The position numbers and the translations under genes were made by a program. DNA of 64,000 bases. Source: Octopus vulgaris (Eukaryota). The DNA lies in the NCBI GenBank assembly GCA_951406725.2, contig OX597820.1, positions 106,020,001 through 106,084,000 on the forward strand, read 5' to 3'. A model generated the notes under the pieces. That model was not told the origin of the DNA. It saw only the letters and a list, made by a program, of their open reading frames with translations, and ran no database searches. How positions within the stretch are numbered: the stretch's first letter is position 1; every line of letters begins with the position of its first letter. This document shows positions 40,517 to 52,374 of this stretch, piece after piece.

Positions 40517-41762
40517 TCAGGTCATTAAGAATGAAATGTCTGATTTTCTTATGCACCAAGTTTGACAGTCATTTATCCTAGTGTTTTATCCTGACAATTC
40601 TTTGTTTTACAGCATTGAAGAGTTACATCATCACTTTTCAAAATGCAGTTCATGGTGTCTGATAATATTGTGAATTTTCTCTTGCAAATCAACTTTTGTG
40701 AACTCATGGATAAATTAAAAAATTTGTGTTCTTTATAGATATGAGTTTCATTGTGGAACCAATGCATCCCAGACAGCTTGAAACATCAATGAGGTGTTTA
40801 GTGAAGATGTGGCAAATGAGCACACTGTAGGTCAATGGTTTGAGAAAGCACCATGGTAGACCTGAGACCAAGGTGGATAATGATAAGCTGGAAACTGTAG
40901 TGGAAGTGGATACATCTCAAACTATGCATAAGCTAGCAGCAAGGCTTGATGTTTCAATTCCAACTGTATTGAACTATCTGAATTAAATTGGCATGGTAAA
41001 GAAGCTGGGCAAGTGGGTACAACACGAACTGAATGAGCATCAAATGACACGTCATCTTGGAACTTGCTGTTCTTTGCTGTCACAGCATAAAAGCAAACCA
41101 TTTTTGCATTGTATTGTGATGTGTGATGAAAAATGGATTCATTTCAACAACAGCAAGCATTCTGCACAGTGGCTGGGTAGAGATGAAGTGCCAAAACACA
41201 ATTCAAAAAATAATATCACCAAAAAAAAGCTAATGGTGTCTGTTTGGTGGTCCAGCACTGGTGTTCATTCACTACAGCTTCATGAGACTGGTAAGTCAAT
41301 TACAGCAGATGTATACATCAACTAAATGGATGAAATGATGAGTGAACTTGCAATTAAACAACCAAGATTGGTCAATAGAGACAGGCCAATTATCTTGCAA
41401 GACAATGCTTGACCACATTTTGCACAAAGAATGCTACTTAAGTTACAGGAACTAAACTTGGAAGTACTCTGTCATCCATCATATTCACCAGACCTTGCAC
41501 CAACTGACTATCATGCATGAGACGACTTTTTGCAAAGAAAAAACTTCAAATCTGAAGAAGATGCAAAAACAGCCTTTCGGGATTTCATCACCTCTTGCTC
41601 TCCAGAATTCTTCACTGCCAGCATCAATAAGCTACTGATAAAATGGCAAAACTGTGTTGATAATTTAGGTTCAATACTTTGATTAACTGCATTGCTTTTT
41701 GTTGAGATAAAGTAAAATAAACTTTCAGTTCAAAATTGGACATTTCATTCTTAATGACCTGA
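40517..41762 (+). mobile_element. Full-length decayed mariner DNA transposon (second family)
   Basis: TA-flanked TIRs tcaggtcattaagaatgaaatgtc / gacatttcattcttaatgacctga. WVQHEL, IVMCDEKW, LQDNA and PYSPDLAPTDY motifs with stops and frameshifts. Confidence 0.95.
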
Positions 41763-42079
41763 TATGAAATAACTAAAATATGTAGCTAATGTAAAGTGCT
41801 TGAGCAACATTTGCTACAATACTGGAACCCTCTACTAACACCAGCAACCGCACTGCAATAACCACTGGGTCAGAGACAACAATATAACATACCATGTAGC
41901 AAAATACATCACAATAACACCTCATGAATGAACTGTTTTTACCCTCATGGAACTGTAGCTTCATTCTTGCTGCTTTCTTTTTTCTATCTCCCTTCAAACC
42001 CTTTCCATACATATATATGTTCTTTTATTCATTTCTTTTACTTGTTTCAGTCATTTGACTGCAGCCAAGCTGGAGCAAG

Positions 42080-42277
42080 GCTACTATTTGTTTCATGTTA
42101 AGAAAATTATTTTAATATCCTAACAATTTTTCAAGCTGATCATATGGAGGAATGGTGTTAATTTCTATTTTGGTGTTCATCTCCAAAACAGAGATGAACA
42201 TTATTCCTCTATGTGAGCGATTTGGAAAATTGTTAAGATATTAAGATAATTTTCTTAACATGAAACCAATGGTAGCT
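42080..42277. repeat. ~200-bp imperfect hairpin (MITE-like)
   Basis: gctactatttgtttcatgttaagaaaattat... is reverse-complementary to ...ataattttcttaacatgaaaccaatggtagc. Confidence 0.8.
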
Positions 42278-42365
42278 TTAATATATGAATAAAAAAATTC
42301 TATCCACCAATGTGGTGTTGAGTGCTCATTCTCATTGTTCAACATTTACATATATATACACATAT

Positions 42366-42847
42366 AAACACCAGCTTTGCTAAAATAGGAGTAAACACTT
42401 GGAAGCCACAAAAGTTAACACTATATTTTCACAGGCATGGTTGCAAAAAAAAAAATTAAGTAAAATAAGGATTGCGTCTTACCTCTTCAAAATTGCAAGA
42501 AGGAATGCCAGTTAACTTGATATCATGATTTCAAATTTAGCAGCAAAAACAAAAAAAAAACCATGCTTGATTCTCTTCAGTCAAGTCCACTAGTAACAAA
42601 CTCATATATCACTTCAACCAATGCCTGGATTCATTTCAGTGCCCAAGTTGCACTGAGAAAAACAAATCAAGTGAATACAAATTTTTTTATAAAAATAAAT
42701 AAAGAACATTATTACTCATGAAAAATATTAATGTTAATGGCTGCAAACTTATTTTACTTAATTTTTTTCCATCCATGCCTGCGAAAATATAGTGTTAACT
42801 TTTGTGGCTTCTGAGTGTTTACTCCTGTTTCAGCAAAACTGGTGTTT
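42366..42847. repeat. Inverted repeat element (~100-bp arms, ~280-bp spacer)
   Basis: Arms 42366-42468 and 42748-42847 are reverse complements with scattered mismatches. Confidence 0.82.
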
Positions 42848-42958
42848 TTAAAAACGTTCTCTTGTTATATATAATACTTTTATATATATCTATTAATTTT
42901 GCCTATACGGTTTTAGCTTGTGGCCACTGACATTAATATATCTCATGAGTATTAATAT

Positions 42959-43002
<44 letters not shown>

Positions 43003-43069
43003 TGCCTGTTTTTCTAATGATATATTACATGCATGTATTGTTTTGTGCAAACATGTTGTATGTGTGCAC

Positions 43070-44692
43070 AAAAATACGCACCTTATTATAATGAAGCCCT
43101 GAGTGAGGCAGGATATAATAATAATAATATTAAATTCTTTAATAATTCTAAATATAATTATAATATAAAAGATTATGATATAAATGATTCCTATATTTTT
43201 TATTATTATAATATTACCAATTATGATTCATTTTATTTAGGTAATTATGGTATTAATAACATGTATTATGATAATACAAAACATAAATATAATAATAGAC
43301 TAAAAAAATAAGATTAAATTTAATTCATTTAATGATAATAATAAATTTAATAATATAAAAAATAAATATAATAATATTAATAATAAGAACAAAATTTGGT
43401 TAATTATTCCTTATGGAGCTCAAGTTAAAACAAACATTATTAAAGTGATTTTAAATATAATTGAAGTATTCATTAAAGATAAAAAATATAACATTTTTTC
43501 AAGTAATAATTATGGAGTTGGTTATTCTACTTCTAATAATGTTGGTAACATTATTTCTTCTTTTAATAAATTTAAGCTGAATAAGTTTTACAAAGACAAA
43601 TCAAATAATTATTCCAATAATAATAATAAAGACCAGAATATAATTAATTGTACATGTAGAGATAAAACTAAATTTAAATTTAATAATAAATGTAATTTTG
43701 ATGATGTAGTATATAAATGTGTAGTGACTTTGAGTGATGATAATAATAAAAATGGTTATAATTTAAATGCAATTTACATAGGGTCGACTTCTAATAAAAT
43801 TAAATTATGGGTGGTTCAGCACATGAATTCTTTTAAGAATAGAAATTTAATTAATTCTACTGGCCTTAGTAAATATATATGGGAACTAAAATCTAAAAAT
43901 ATTAAGTACTATTTAAATTGGGAGATAGTTTGTAAGGTAAAATCATATCGAATAGGTAGTAATTTTTGTTTATTATGTACTAACGAATTTAAGGAGATAT
44001 TATTAACTAATAATAAAAAATTGATCAATTCCCTAGACGACGAAAAATTAAATGTCGACATAAGTTAAATTACTTATTTAATAAGTTTAGCTAATTTGTG
44101 TATGTATATATAAACCCTGTTTTATGTTACTAATTGTTGTAGTTATAATTTGTCATAGTAAAATGTGTATGAATTAGCACAAAATTATATAGTGTATATT
44201 ACATAATTAGAATAAGATGAAACTTATAAAATAAATAAATAAATTAATGAAAATAGATTAAATTATAGAAATTTAGCTTAATATATGTTTATTATATTAT
44301 GTACTTTAGCTTTTAAATGATTTAGACTTTACAATTTTTCCAGTAAATGGTATATAAAAGTTAATTTTTTTCTTATTCTCACAGCTAAAATACATTTGTA
44401 ATTTTAATAGCTTAAATACATATTTCTATCTATTTATTCAATAAATTCTATTTACGCCATATTTTCATGCGATATATTTCTTATAAAAGTTAAGTTCTAC
44501 GTTTTACATTTAAATTTTTAGTCAACAGAAATCGTTCGATAAGATAACTTATGTTTTTATTTTAAGAAATATTGTTAAATGTTTTTCGATTATTTATAAT
44601 TAATACACGTATTTTTCTATATTTATTTGGTAATTAGTATAGGTTAAGATAAGTCCATTTATTCTATTATTATTATTTTATTATTATTATTA

Positions 44693-44754
<62 letters not shown>

Positions 44755-45015
44755 TTAGACCTGATGAGTGACTATATTTTTAAATAGAATTAATTTTAGA
44801 TGATTTAATCTTAAATTGAATTGATTTTATTATTATTATCTATTTGAAAACATAGCCACGAAACACACGTAGTCTTTTTACTACTATTTACTATTTATTG
44901 TTTTTGTACTTTATTGATTTTTAAAATAAGGTTTTTATAGTATATGTTTTCTATATGGTGTGAATAACATCTTTCATTATTCACTTGTTTAATAGAGGTT
45001 TTTTCTCTAAATTAT
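43070..45015 (+). mobile_element. Extremely AT-rich Penelope-like element, 3' portion (linker, GIY-YIG endonuclease, terminal repeat)
   Basis: YNEALSEAGY; NKIWLIIPY; CTCRDK..C..DDVVYKC..YIGSTSNKIK..QHMNSF..STGLSKYIWELK..WEIV..CLLCTNE..(C)RH in ORFs 43033-43311 and 43445-44068; downstream hammerhead. Confidence 0.9.
44757..44875 (+). ncRNA. Type I hammerhead ribozyme with extended stem II
   Basis: AGAC-CUGAUGA-[GUGACUAUAUUUUUAAAUAGA...UCUAUUUGAAAACAUAGCCAC]-GAAA-C-ACAC-G-UA-GUCU. Intact core, GUA triplet, predicted cut after 44871. Confidence 0.75.
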
Positions 45016-45276
45016 ATATATATATATATATATATATACATAATATATACGTATGTATGTATATATCATCATCATCATCATCATCATTAATGTCTTCTTT
45101 CCATGCTGGCATGGGTTAGATGGTTTGACTGGAACTGGTAAGCGAGAGGGCTGCACCAGGTTCCAGTCTGATTTGGCATGGTGCTATGGCTGTATGCTTT
45201 TCCTAAGACCAACCACTCTAAGAGCGTAATGGGTACTTTTTACCTGCTATTTACATGACACTGGTCATGGCTATGG

Positions 45277-45311
<35 letters not shown>

Positions 45312-46554
45312 GTGTGCCTTTATGGCCATGTAAGAGCACCTATGCCAATGCCATGTAAAATCACCCATGCTGGTTGCACATAAAAACTACCTAACACTCT
45401 GTGTAAAGAGGTTAGCATTAGGAAGGACATCCATCTGTAGAAACCATGCCAAAATAGACAATTGGAGCCTGAACAGCTCTGTGGCTGGTCAGCTCCTTCA
45501 AACTATCCACCTCATGCCCACGTGGAAAACAGACATTAAATGATGATGATGATGATGATGATGATATATAAGGTCCTGGTAGGGTGTAAAGTTAGGGTAT
45601 TTCCAGAGAAGCACTCAACCCGAATATTGGGCTATTAACAGTGTTGGGCTCCAGGCCAATATTGAATTCCTCAGGTTTAGGAAATTCAAGTTTCATGACA
45701 ATCACACCATAAAGTGAGTTTAATGAAGAGTAAACAATCTAAATGATAAAAAGGGGACAAAGAAAATTTTTTAACACATCTCTAATGGTTCATTAGAGAT
45801 GTGTTAATGAATTTTCTGTTTTCTTCTTACCATTTCATCATCATTATCATCATCATCGTTTAATGTCCGTTTTCCATGCTGGCATGGGTTGGACAGTTTG
45901 ACTGGGGACTGACAAGCCAGGAAGCCACACCAGGCCCCAATCTGGTATATATATATATATATATATACACACACATACATTCTTTTATTCATTTTAGCCA
46001 TGTGACTGTAGTCATGCTGGAGCACCATTCATTTTGTAGAGTACATATTTATTATACTTTTACAAGACAACAGGTGACAGTAAATTCTGGTAGCCTTCAT
46101 CAAACAGTTCAGATCAACCAGAATCAGATGTTGTTATGCATCATCAGTCACAGTGCACTTTCTTGTCTTGTAGCTTTCAAAGGATGGCCATCCAGCTGGC
46201 TAGCAGGTCAGCCAGCATTCCACCTGAAAGGAGTGCCAGTCTGTAGCAGGGTAACCTATTTACAGCTGAGTGAACTGAAGCAACGGGGAAACGAAATGTT
46301 TTGTTCAAGAAAGACAATTCTTTGGCAGTCTTGGAATTGAAACCACCATCTTGCAAATATATATGTATATTTATATATCTCTATATAAGTGTGTATGTGT
46401 GCGTATATCAATGAAAATTGATGACAAAGCATTGAATAAAATATACTTTGTGTTATTTGGTTATTTACTCTGTGTTGCGCAAATACTCATCTTGCTGTTC
46501 TTGCCATCAGAACAATCCTCTTGTTCAACAAACATAATTCAAATATAATAAAAT

Positions 46555-46975
46555 ATAATGTAAAGTATAGAAGCCATCTTATCATGGCTAACCACATTGG
46601 GGAGGGGGTGTTACTGTAGCTTTATAGCCCCAAGAGATTTTCGTCTCTAGCTGGCTTTAGACACAATATCTGTGTCCTTGGAGTATTTGCAAAGGGAGGC
46701 CATCCCTTCCTCGCAAGCCTGAGTGATACGCTCGAACTAGTTTCGAGATTTTTGTCCCTCGTCAACGGGCGGTAACCACCAGGTAGCGATGAAAGAGAAG
46801 CGATCACTCAGGCTTGCGAGGAAGGGATGGCCTCCCTTTGCAAATACTCCAAGGACACAGATATTGTGTCTAAAGCCAGCTAGAGACGAAGATCTCTTGG
46901 GGCTATAAAGCTACAGTAACACCCCCTCCCCAATGTGGTTAGCCATGATAAGATGGCTTCTATACTTTACATTAT
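46555..46975. repeat. Near-perfect fold-back (~173-bp arms) of a probable Penelope-type terminal repeat
   Basis: 46555-46727 versus 46803-46975, one mismatch seen; GC-richer than its flanks with CpGs intact. Confidence 0.92.
46729..46771 (-). ncRNA. Minimal type I hammerhead ribozyme (U3 core variant, palindromic stem III)
   Basis: Minus strand CGCCCG-UUGACGA-GGGA-CAAAAA-UCUC-GAAA-CUAG-UU-CGAGCG. Stems I and II pair; AACUAGUU is self-complementary, as in dimer-type PLE hammerheads. Confidence 0.7.
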
Positions 46976-47135
46976 CGAGTGATTACTGTTTCAATCTCAT
47001 TCTGAGATTTAATTAATAAAATATAAGAAATACATAAATGGAAAATCAATTCCAGAAGATTTGATATAATAAGGTAGAGAGAGAGAAGACCGAAAATGCA
47101 AACTCATTCCTCTCTTCCACATATTCTACATACTC

Positions 47136-47167
<32 letters not shown>

Positions 47168-47509
47168 GGGTGGGACATAGAGAGGGTTGTGCACAAAAGA
47201 AGACAAAGGACAAAGTATGAAATAACTTTCTAGAGTTAGTGAGTTAGGCAAGTATTATGTTTGAAATCATAAACTAGGTGAATGACACTTGATAAGAGAG
47301 CAAACAGACAGGTTTATATAAACTACCAGATTTACGTGTGCATGTTTGTTTACGTATGCACACACATACACAAACTCACACACACTCACATGCATATGTG
47401 CATATATATATATATATATGATGTGTGTGTGTGTGTGTGTATAAATACACACACATGAAGATGTGTATGTATGTGCACACACACACTCAAACAAAGTCAT
47501 TAATTATCC

Positions 47510-47745
47510 ACAATCCACTTGTAGAGAGTCTGATAAAAATCTTTGATGGTTTTTGGCTCCGCTGCACCTTCATCTCACAAAAAGCAAATTATGGAATGCT
47601 GCTCTTCTTTGGAGTGAAAACAGACAGGAGTAGCCATAGTTAATGCCATAACAAAGACAACTTAATTGACATTTTGAGTTCAGAGTTACACACATGAGTC
47701 CCTAAAAGGAAACCATGTTTAGTGTGTCACCCATAAAAAATTTTC
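47510..47745 (-). mobile_element. Mariner 5' fragment
   Basis: Minus strand MATPVCFHSKEEQHSIICFL*DEG resembles the mariner N-terminal EQRxVIxFL motif. Confidence 0.5.
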
Positions 47746-47847
47746 CCACTAAAAGGAAAGAAATAAAAAATGTATTGTAGGTTGTGAATGACTCATTGTC
47801 ATATATATACTGTGTTTGTGTGCATATATGTATGTAATGTATAGATA

Positions 47848-47955
<108 letters not shown>

Positions 47956-48520
47956 TGTATGTATGTATGTATGTATGTATGTATGTATGTATGTATGTAT
48001 GTATGTATGTATGGTGTATGAATGTATTTATGTTTGTATACATGTATTCATGAATCATCCTCATCATCATCGTTTAATGTCCACCTTCCATGTAGACATG
48101 GGCTGGATAGTTCGACAGGAGCCAGCCAGATAGAAAACTACATTAGGCTTCTGTGTCTGTTTTGGCATGATTTGTACAGCTGGATGCCCTTCCTGACACC
48201 AACTCTCCCATAGAGTAGACCAACCACTCCATAGAGTAAAGTGCTTTTTTTTTACATGGCACCAGCACTAGCAGGGTACCAAGTAACTCACAAAACAAGG
48301 AATATTTGAGAGGGGAGGGAGCATTGCAGGAGATGATCTTGTGTCAGATGAGGAAAGGTTAGAGTGTACACATTTATGCAGATATAAACATTTATATATA
48401 CACACATCCATATACATGTATGTATATATGTAATCATATCAAAGGGAAATGGAATTTAATTAAAATTAAAATATTCAATCAAAATTGTATGTATATATGT
48501 ATTGTATGTATTGTATCTCT

Positions 48521-48898
48521 CTCTTTTACTTGTTTCAGTCATTTGACTGCGGCCATGCTGGAGCACCACCTTTAGTCGAGCAAATCGACTCTGGGACTTA
48601 TTCTTTGTAAGCCCAGTACTTATTCTATCGGTCTCTTTTGCCGAACCGCTAAGTGACGGGGACGTAAACACACCAGCATCGGTTGTCAAGCAATGCTAGG
48701 GGGACAAACACACACACACATATATACATATATACGACAGGCTTCTTTCAGTTTCCGTCTACCAAATCCACTCACAAGGCATTGGTCGGCCCGGGGCTAT
48801 AGCAGAAGACACTTGCCCAAGATGCCACGCAGTGGGACTGAACTCGGAACCATGTGGTTGGTTAGCAAGCTACTTACCACACAGCCACTCCTGCGCCT
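48521..48898 (-). mobile_element. tRNA-derived SINE family A, best-preserved copy
   Basis: A-box TGGCTGTGTGG, B-box-like GTTCAGTCCC, internal (TA/TG)n and tail GACTGAAACAAGTAAAAGAG; many CpGs intact. Confidence 0.9.
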
Positions 48899-50286
48899 AT
48901 GTATATATATATTGTATGTATATATGTTTATATATGTATATATATACATAAACATATACATATGTGCATATGTATGCATATATGTATATATCATAAACCT
49001 CAATGTGAGGTAAATAAGAATGTAATTACATCCTTTCTATTCTACTGATGTGGAGATTAAAGATGGAGAGCATCTTGTAACACACGATATCATGGTTGTT
49101 AGCCACTTCTCAGAGAAAGACATAGCTTCAATCAATTGATCAGCTACTTATAAAGCAGTCATGAATGAGGACAGTACCATGGTGGATAACCTAATTTGCA
49201 TAGTCCTGCATTTTACAACTCGTCATAAATTAATCTATATAAGCACAGCATGTTGTTAAACAAAAGCGCTTAAATATATCTGAATATGACGAAACCACCA
49301 CAGCCACCTTCCCTCATCCATTTATCCTTCTCTCTCAGTTTATCCCTGGAAGGAACTGGCAGTGTTTAAACTTGGACAGGGTTGGGCTCCACTTGGCTTT
49401 AAAATGCTCAAGACTCATTATATATCATCTCTGTGTCTTATGATTCAATTAAGAGAGGTGGGCTTTATAATACCATAATATCATAGTGATTATGGAATCT
49501 TCAATTATATATAGGCATAGCTTCTGCTACTTGTGTTGTTGAGTACTATATCAATGACTAAAGAACTTTCTTAAAAGAACTAAAATTGTACTGTCTAAGG
49601 TCATATAAGTTTGTATGTCTGTCAGTTTGCCTGTCTACTGCAACACAAATGTGTGTGTGTGTGTACATACACACACACACATGCATTTGTGTATACTTGC
49701 ACACATACACACACACACAAACACACACACACACACAGATACACATACATGTGTGTGTACAAGTATGTATCTGTGCATATATGCACACATACAAACACAC
49801 TCACACATGCATACATACATGAATATATGTGCATGCATGTAGATAAGATGTGGTGCACCTGAGCACTATATACAATAACTTTATTATTATTATTATAAAC
49901 GTTCATGATTTATGAGGGTACATAACTATTACTACATCTTTTCAAGGTAACAACAGTATGTAACAGTAAAAAGTTTTATGAGTCGAAAAACCTGCTTAAC
50001 AGCAATTAACTGATATCTGAGACAAATATTGATTCAGTGAAAAGAATTTGATAAAACTTGTTTAGCTGACATACAAGTTTGCAAGTGTCATTGAATACAT
50101 AAGTAGAAGTGGAAGGTGAGAGAAAAATGGACGAATAAATAGCAAACTGGATAAACAACCAATTGTCTGAAAGGTCAACAGTTCATACCTAAGCTTCAGT
50201 AACTTTTAAATATCATATAAGTAGATATCAGGGATTAGAAACAACCTTCTAATTGTAAGCAGTGGCAGAATAGTGATGGCGATGAT

Positions 50287-50342
<56 letters not shown>

Positions 50343-50863
50343 TAATAATAATAATAATAATAATCCTTTCTAGTAAAGGCACAACACATGACATTTTTGT
50401 GGGGAGGGGACTATTTGATTACATTGATCCCAGTGCAAAACTGGTACTTAATTTATTGACCCTGAAAGGATGAAAGGTAATGTTGACTCTGGTGGAATTT
50501 GAACTCAGAACATAAAGATAGACAAAATGCCACCAAACACTAGGGTTTACAAAATACAGGAAGTAAAATAAAAATATAAAATAACCCCTTCTCAACTATT
50601 TACCCAGCCACCCTATCAACTTGGACATAGAGTATATAAGAAGTATATAGTATATAGGAATTAATCATTTTGATACCAACTCACCTGAGACTTCTCCTGC
50701 CTCTGTATTAATACAAACTTCCTGTTTTAAAGAGATCTAAATTAAAAACTTCCATCAAAGTATCATGTTAATTTATGTTCCAAATACTGACTTAATAAGT
50801 GCAAAGTCATTTTATTAAATTCTTCATTATTTTCAAAATTAATTGAAACAAAAGCAGTATATA

Positions 50864-51038
50864 GGCGCTGGAGTGGCTGTGTGGTAAATAGCTTGCTTAC
50901 CAACCACATGGTTCCAGGTTCAGTTCCACTGCATTGCTCCTTGGGCAAGTGTCTTCTACTATAGCCTTGGGCTAACCAAAGCCTTGTGAGTGGATTTGTG
51001 GTAGACGGAAACTGAAAGAAGCCCGTCATATATATGTG

Positions 51039-51069
<31 letters not shown>

Positions 51070-51260
51070 TTGTCCCCCCCCCAACATCGCTTGACAACCA
51101 ATGCTGGTATGTTTTGCGTCCCCGTAACTTAGCGGTTCGGTATAAGAGACCGATAGAATAAGTACTAGGCTTACAAAGAATAAGTCCTGGGGTTGATTTG
51201 CTTGACTAAAGGCGGTGCTCCAGCATGGCTGCACTCAAATGACTGAAACAAGTAAAAGAG
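50864..51260 (+). mobile_element. SINE family A, full length
   Basis: Same head/microsatellite/tail structure. Partial copies at ~18890, 21615, 22706, 24830, 26445, 32735, 34423, 57003 and 59160. Confidence 0.9.
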
Positions 51261-52374
51261 TTAAAGTTTTTTCAACAGAAATATGGTAACAAAAGGGAAT
51301 TAAATTGATATTGACCGATATTTTATTTTTACTGTTTCTATCTGCTCTCTGCCTGGTACCACATAAAGATGGGACCCATACCAGACTGTCACTGTTACTG
51401 CCATAGTTATTATTGTTCTTTCTCACACAGGTTGAGATTATTGGAAACTTTGAGCCCTTCCTCCTCCACTTTCTTGTTTACTATTTTGTCTGTAGGTTTA
51501 CTTTGGGATCAGCACTGTACACCAGCTCTCGGCATTTATAGAGTCACTCTTGGCATTGATAGCAGTCAGCAAGCTTTGACTGAACCAACAGAGGAACTTC
51601 TATATGTTAGTAATAACAGCCACATTCTCTTGAATCAAACCCTACCATCTTAAAAATAGAAGGACACATTAAATAAGATAATCCAAAATAACTAATATGG
51701 AATAGCCTCAACTGGAATGTTTCATAATGCATCTGCTTGATCAGAGCTGACCAGGGGCTAACAACAACAAAAATGACCTCTACCATCTTTAACCATATGG
51801 CATTTACCCATGAAAGAATAGCTGGTATTCACAGCTCCTTCTTTATAGCATTTTTGGTTATATTAAAAAAGAAAAATGCAGGATTCAAGTTTTTTTAACC
51901 AATACTGCTGTTGTTTTACAACTCTTGACTAAGCAGTGACCATAACTGTTATTGGTTTATAATTTTTGACTAGTTAGTGACTATTACTGCTATTGTTTTA
52001 CACTCCTTGACCAGTCAGTGCACGTTATTGCTGATGTTTTTACCAGTGTGATGCAGTCTCCTAAAATGACATGTTCAACTAATATAGGTCAACTGCAAGT
52101 AAAATCAGTATGACCTGAGAAATTTAAGGAATTTGTGCCAGACATTTCACAATTTGTTAATGAGTTTGTTTTGATGTAATGACTCCAGACTTGAAAAACA
52201 CCATGGCCATTTACCAAGGAATGTCTCAGTATTACATTACTTGTTCTCTTATTTTTGCTTCTTTGTTTATTTATTGTTTTAGTTTCATTTATGATTAATC
52301 TTAAATGAAAACAAATTACTCTAGGAACATCAAGATAATTATTCCTGTCCATGTGAAACTATGTTTTTAGAATC

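Noticed and set aside
50864-50940. tRNA gene
   Set aside because: The A/B-box-like head continues into SINE body, has no full cloverleaf, and occurs in many copies.
51300-51600. Possible exon of a second gene
   Set aside because: No consistent splice-bounded open frame or recognisable domain.
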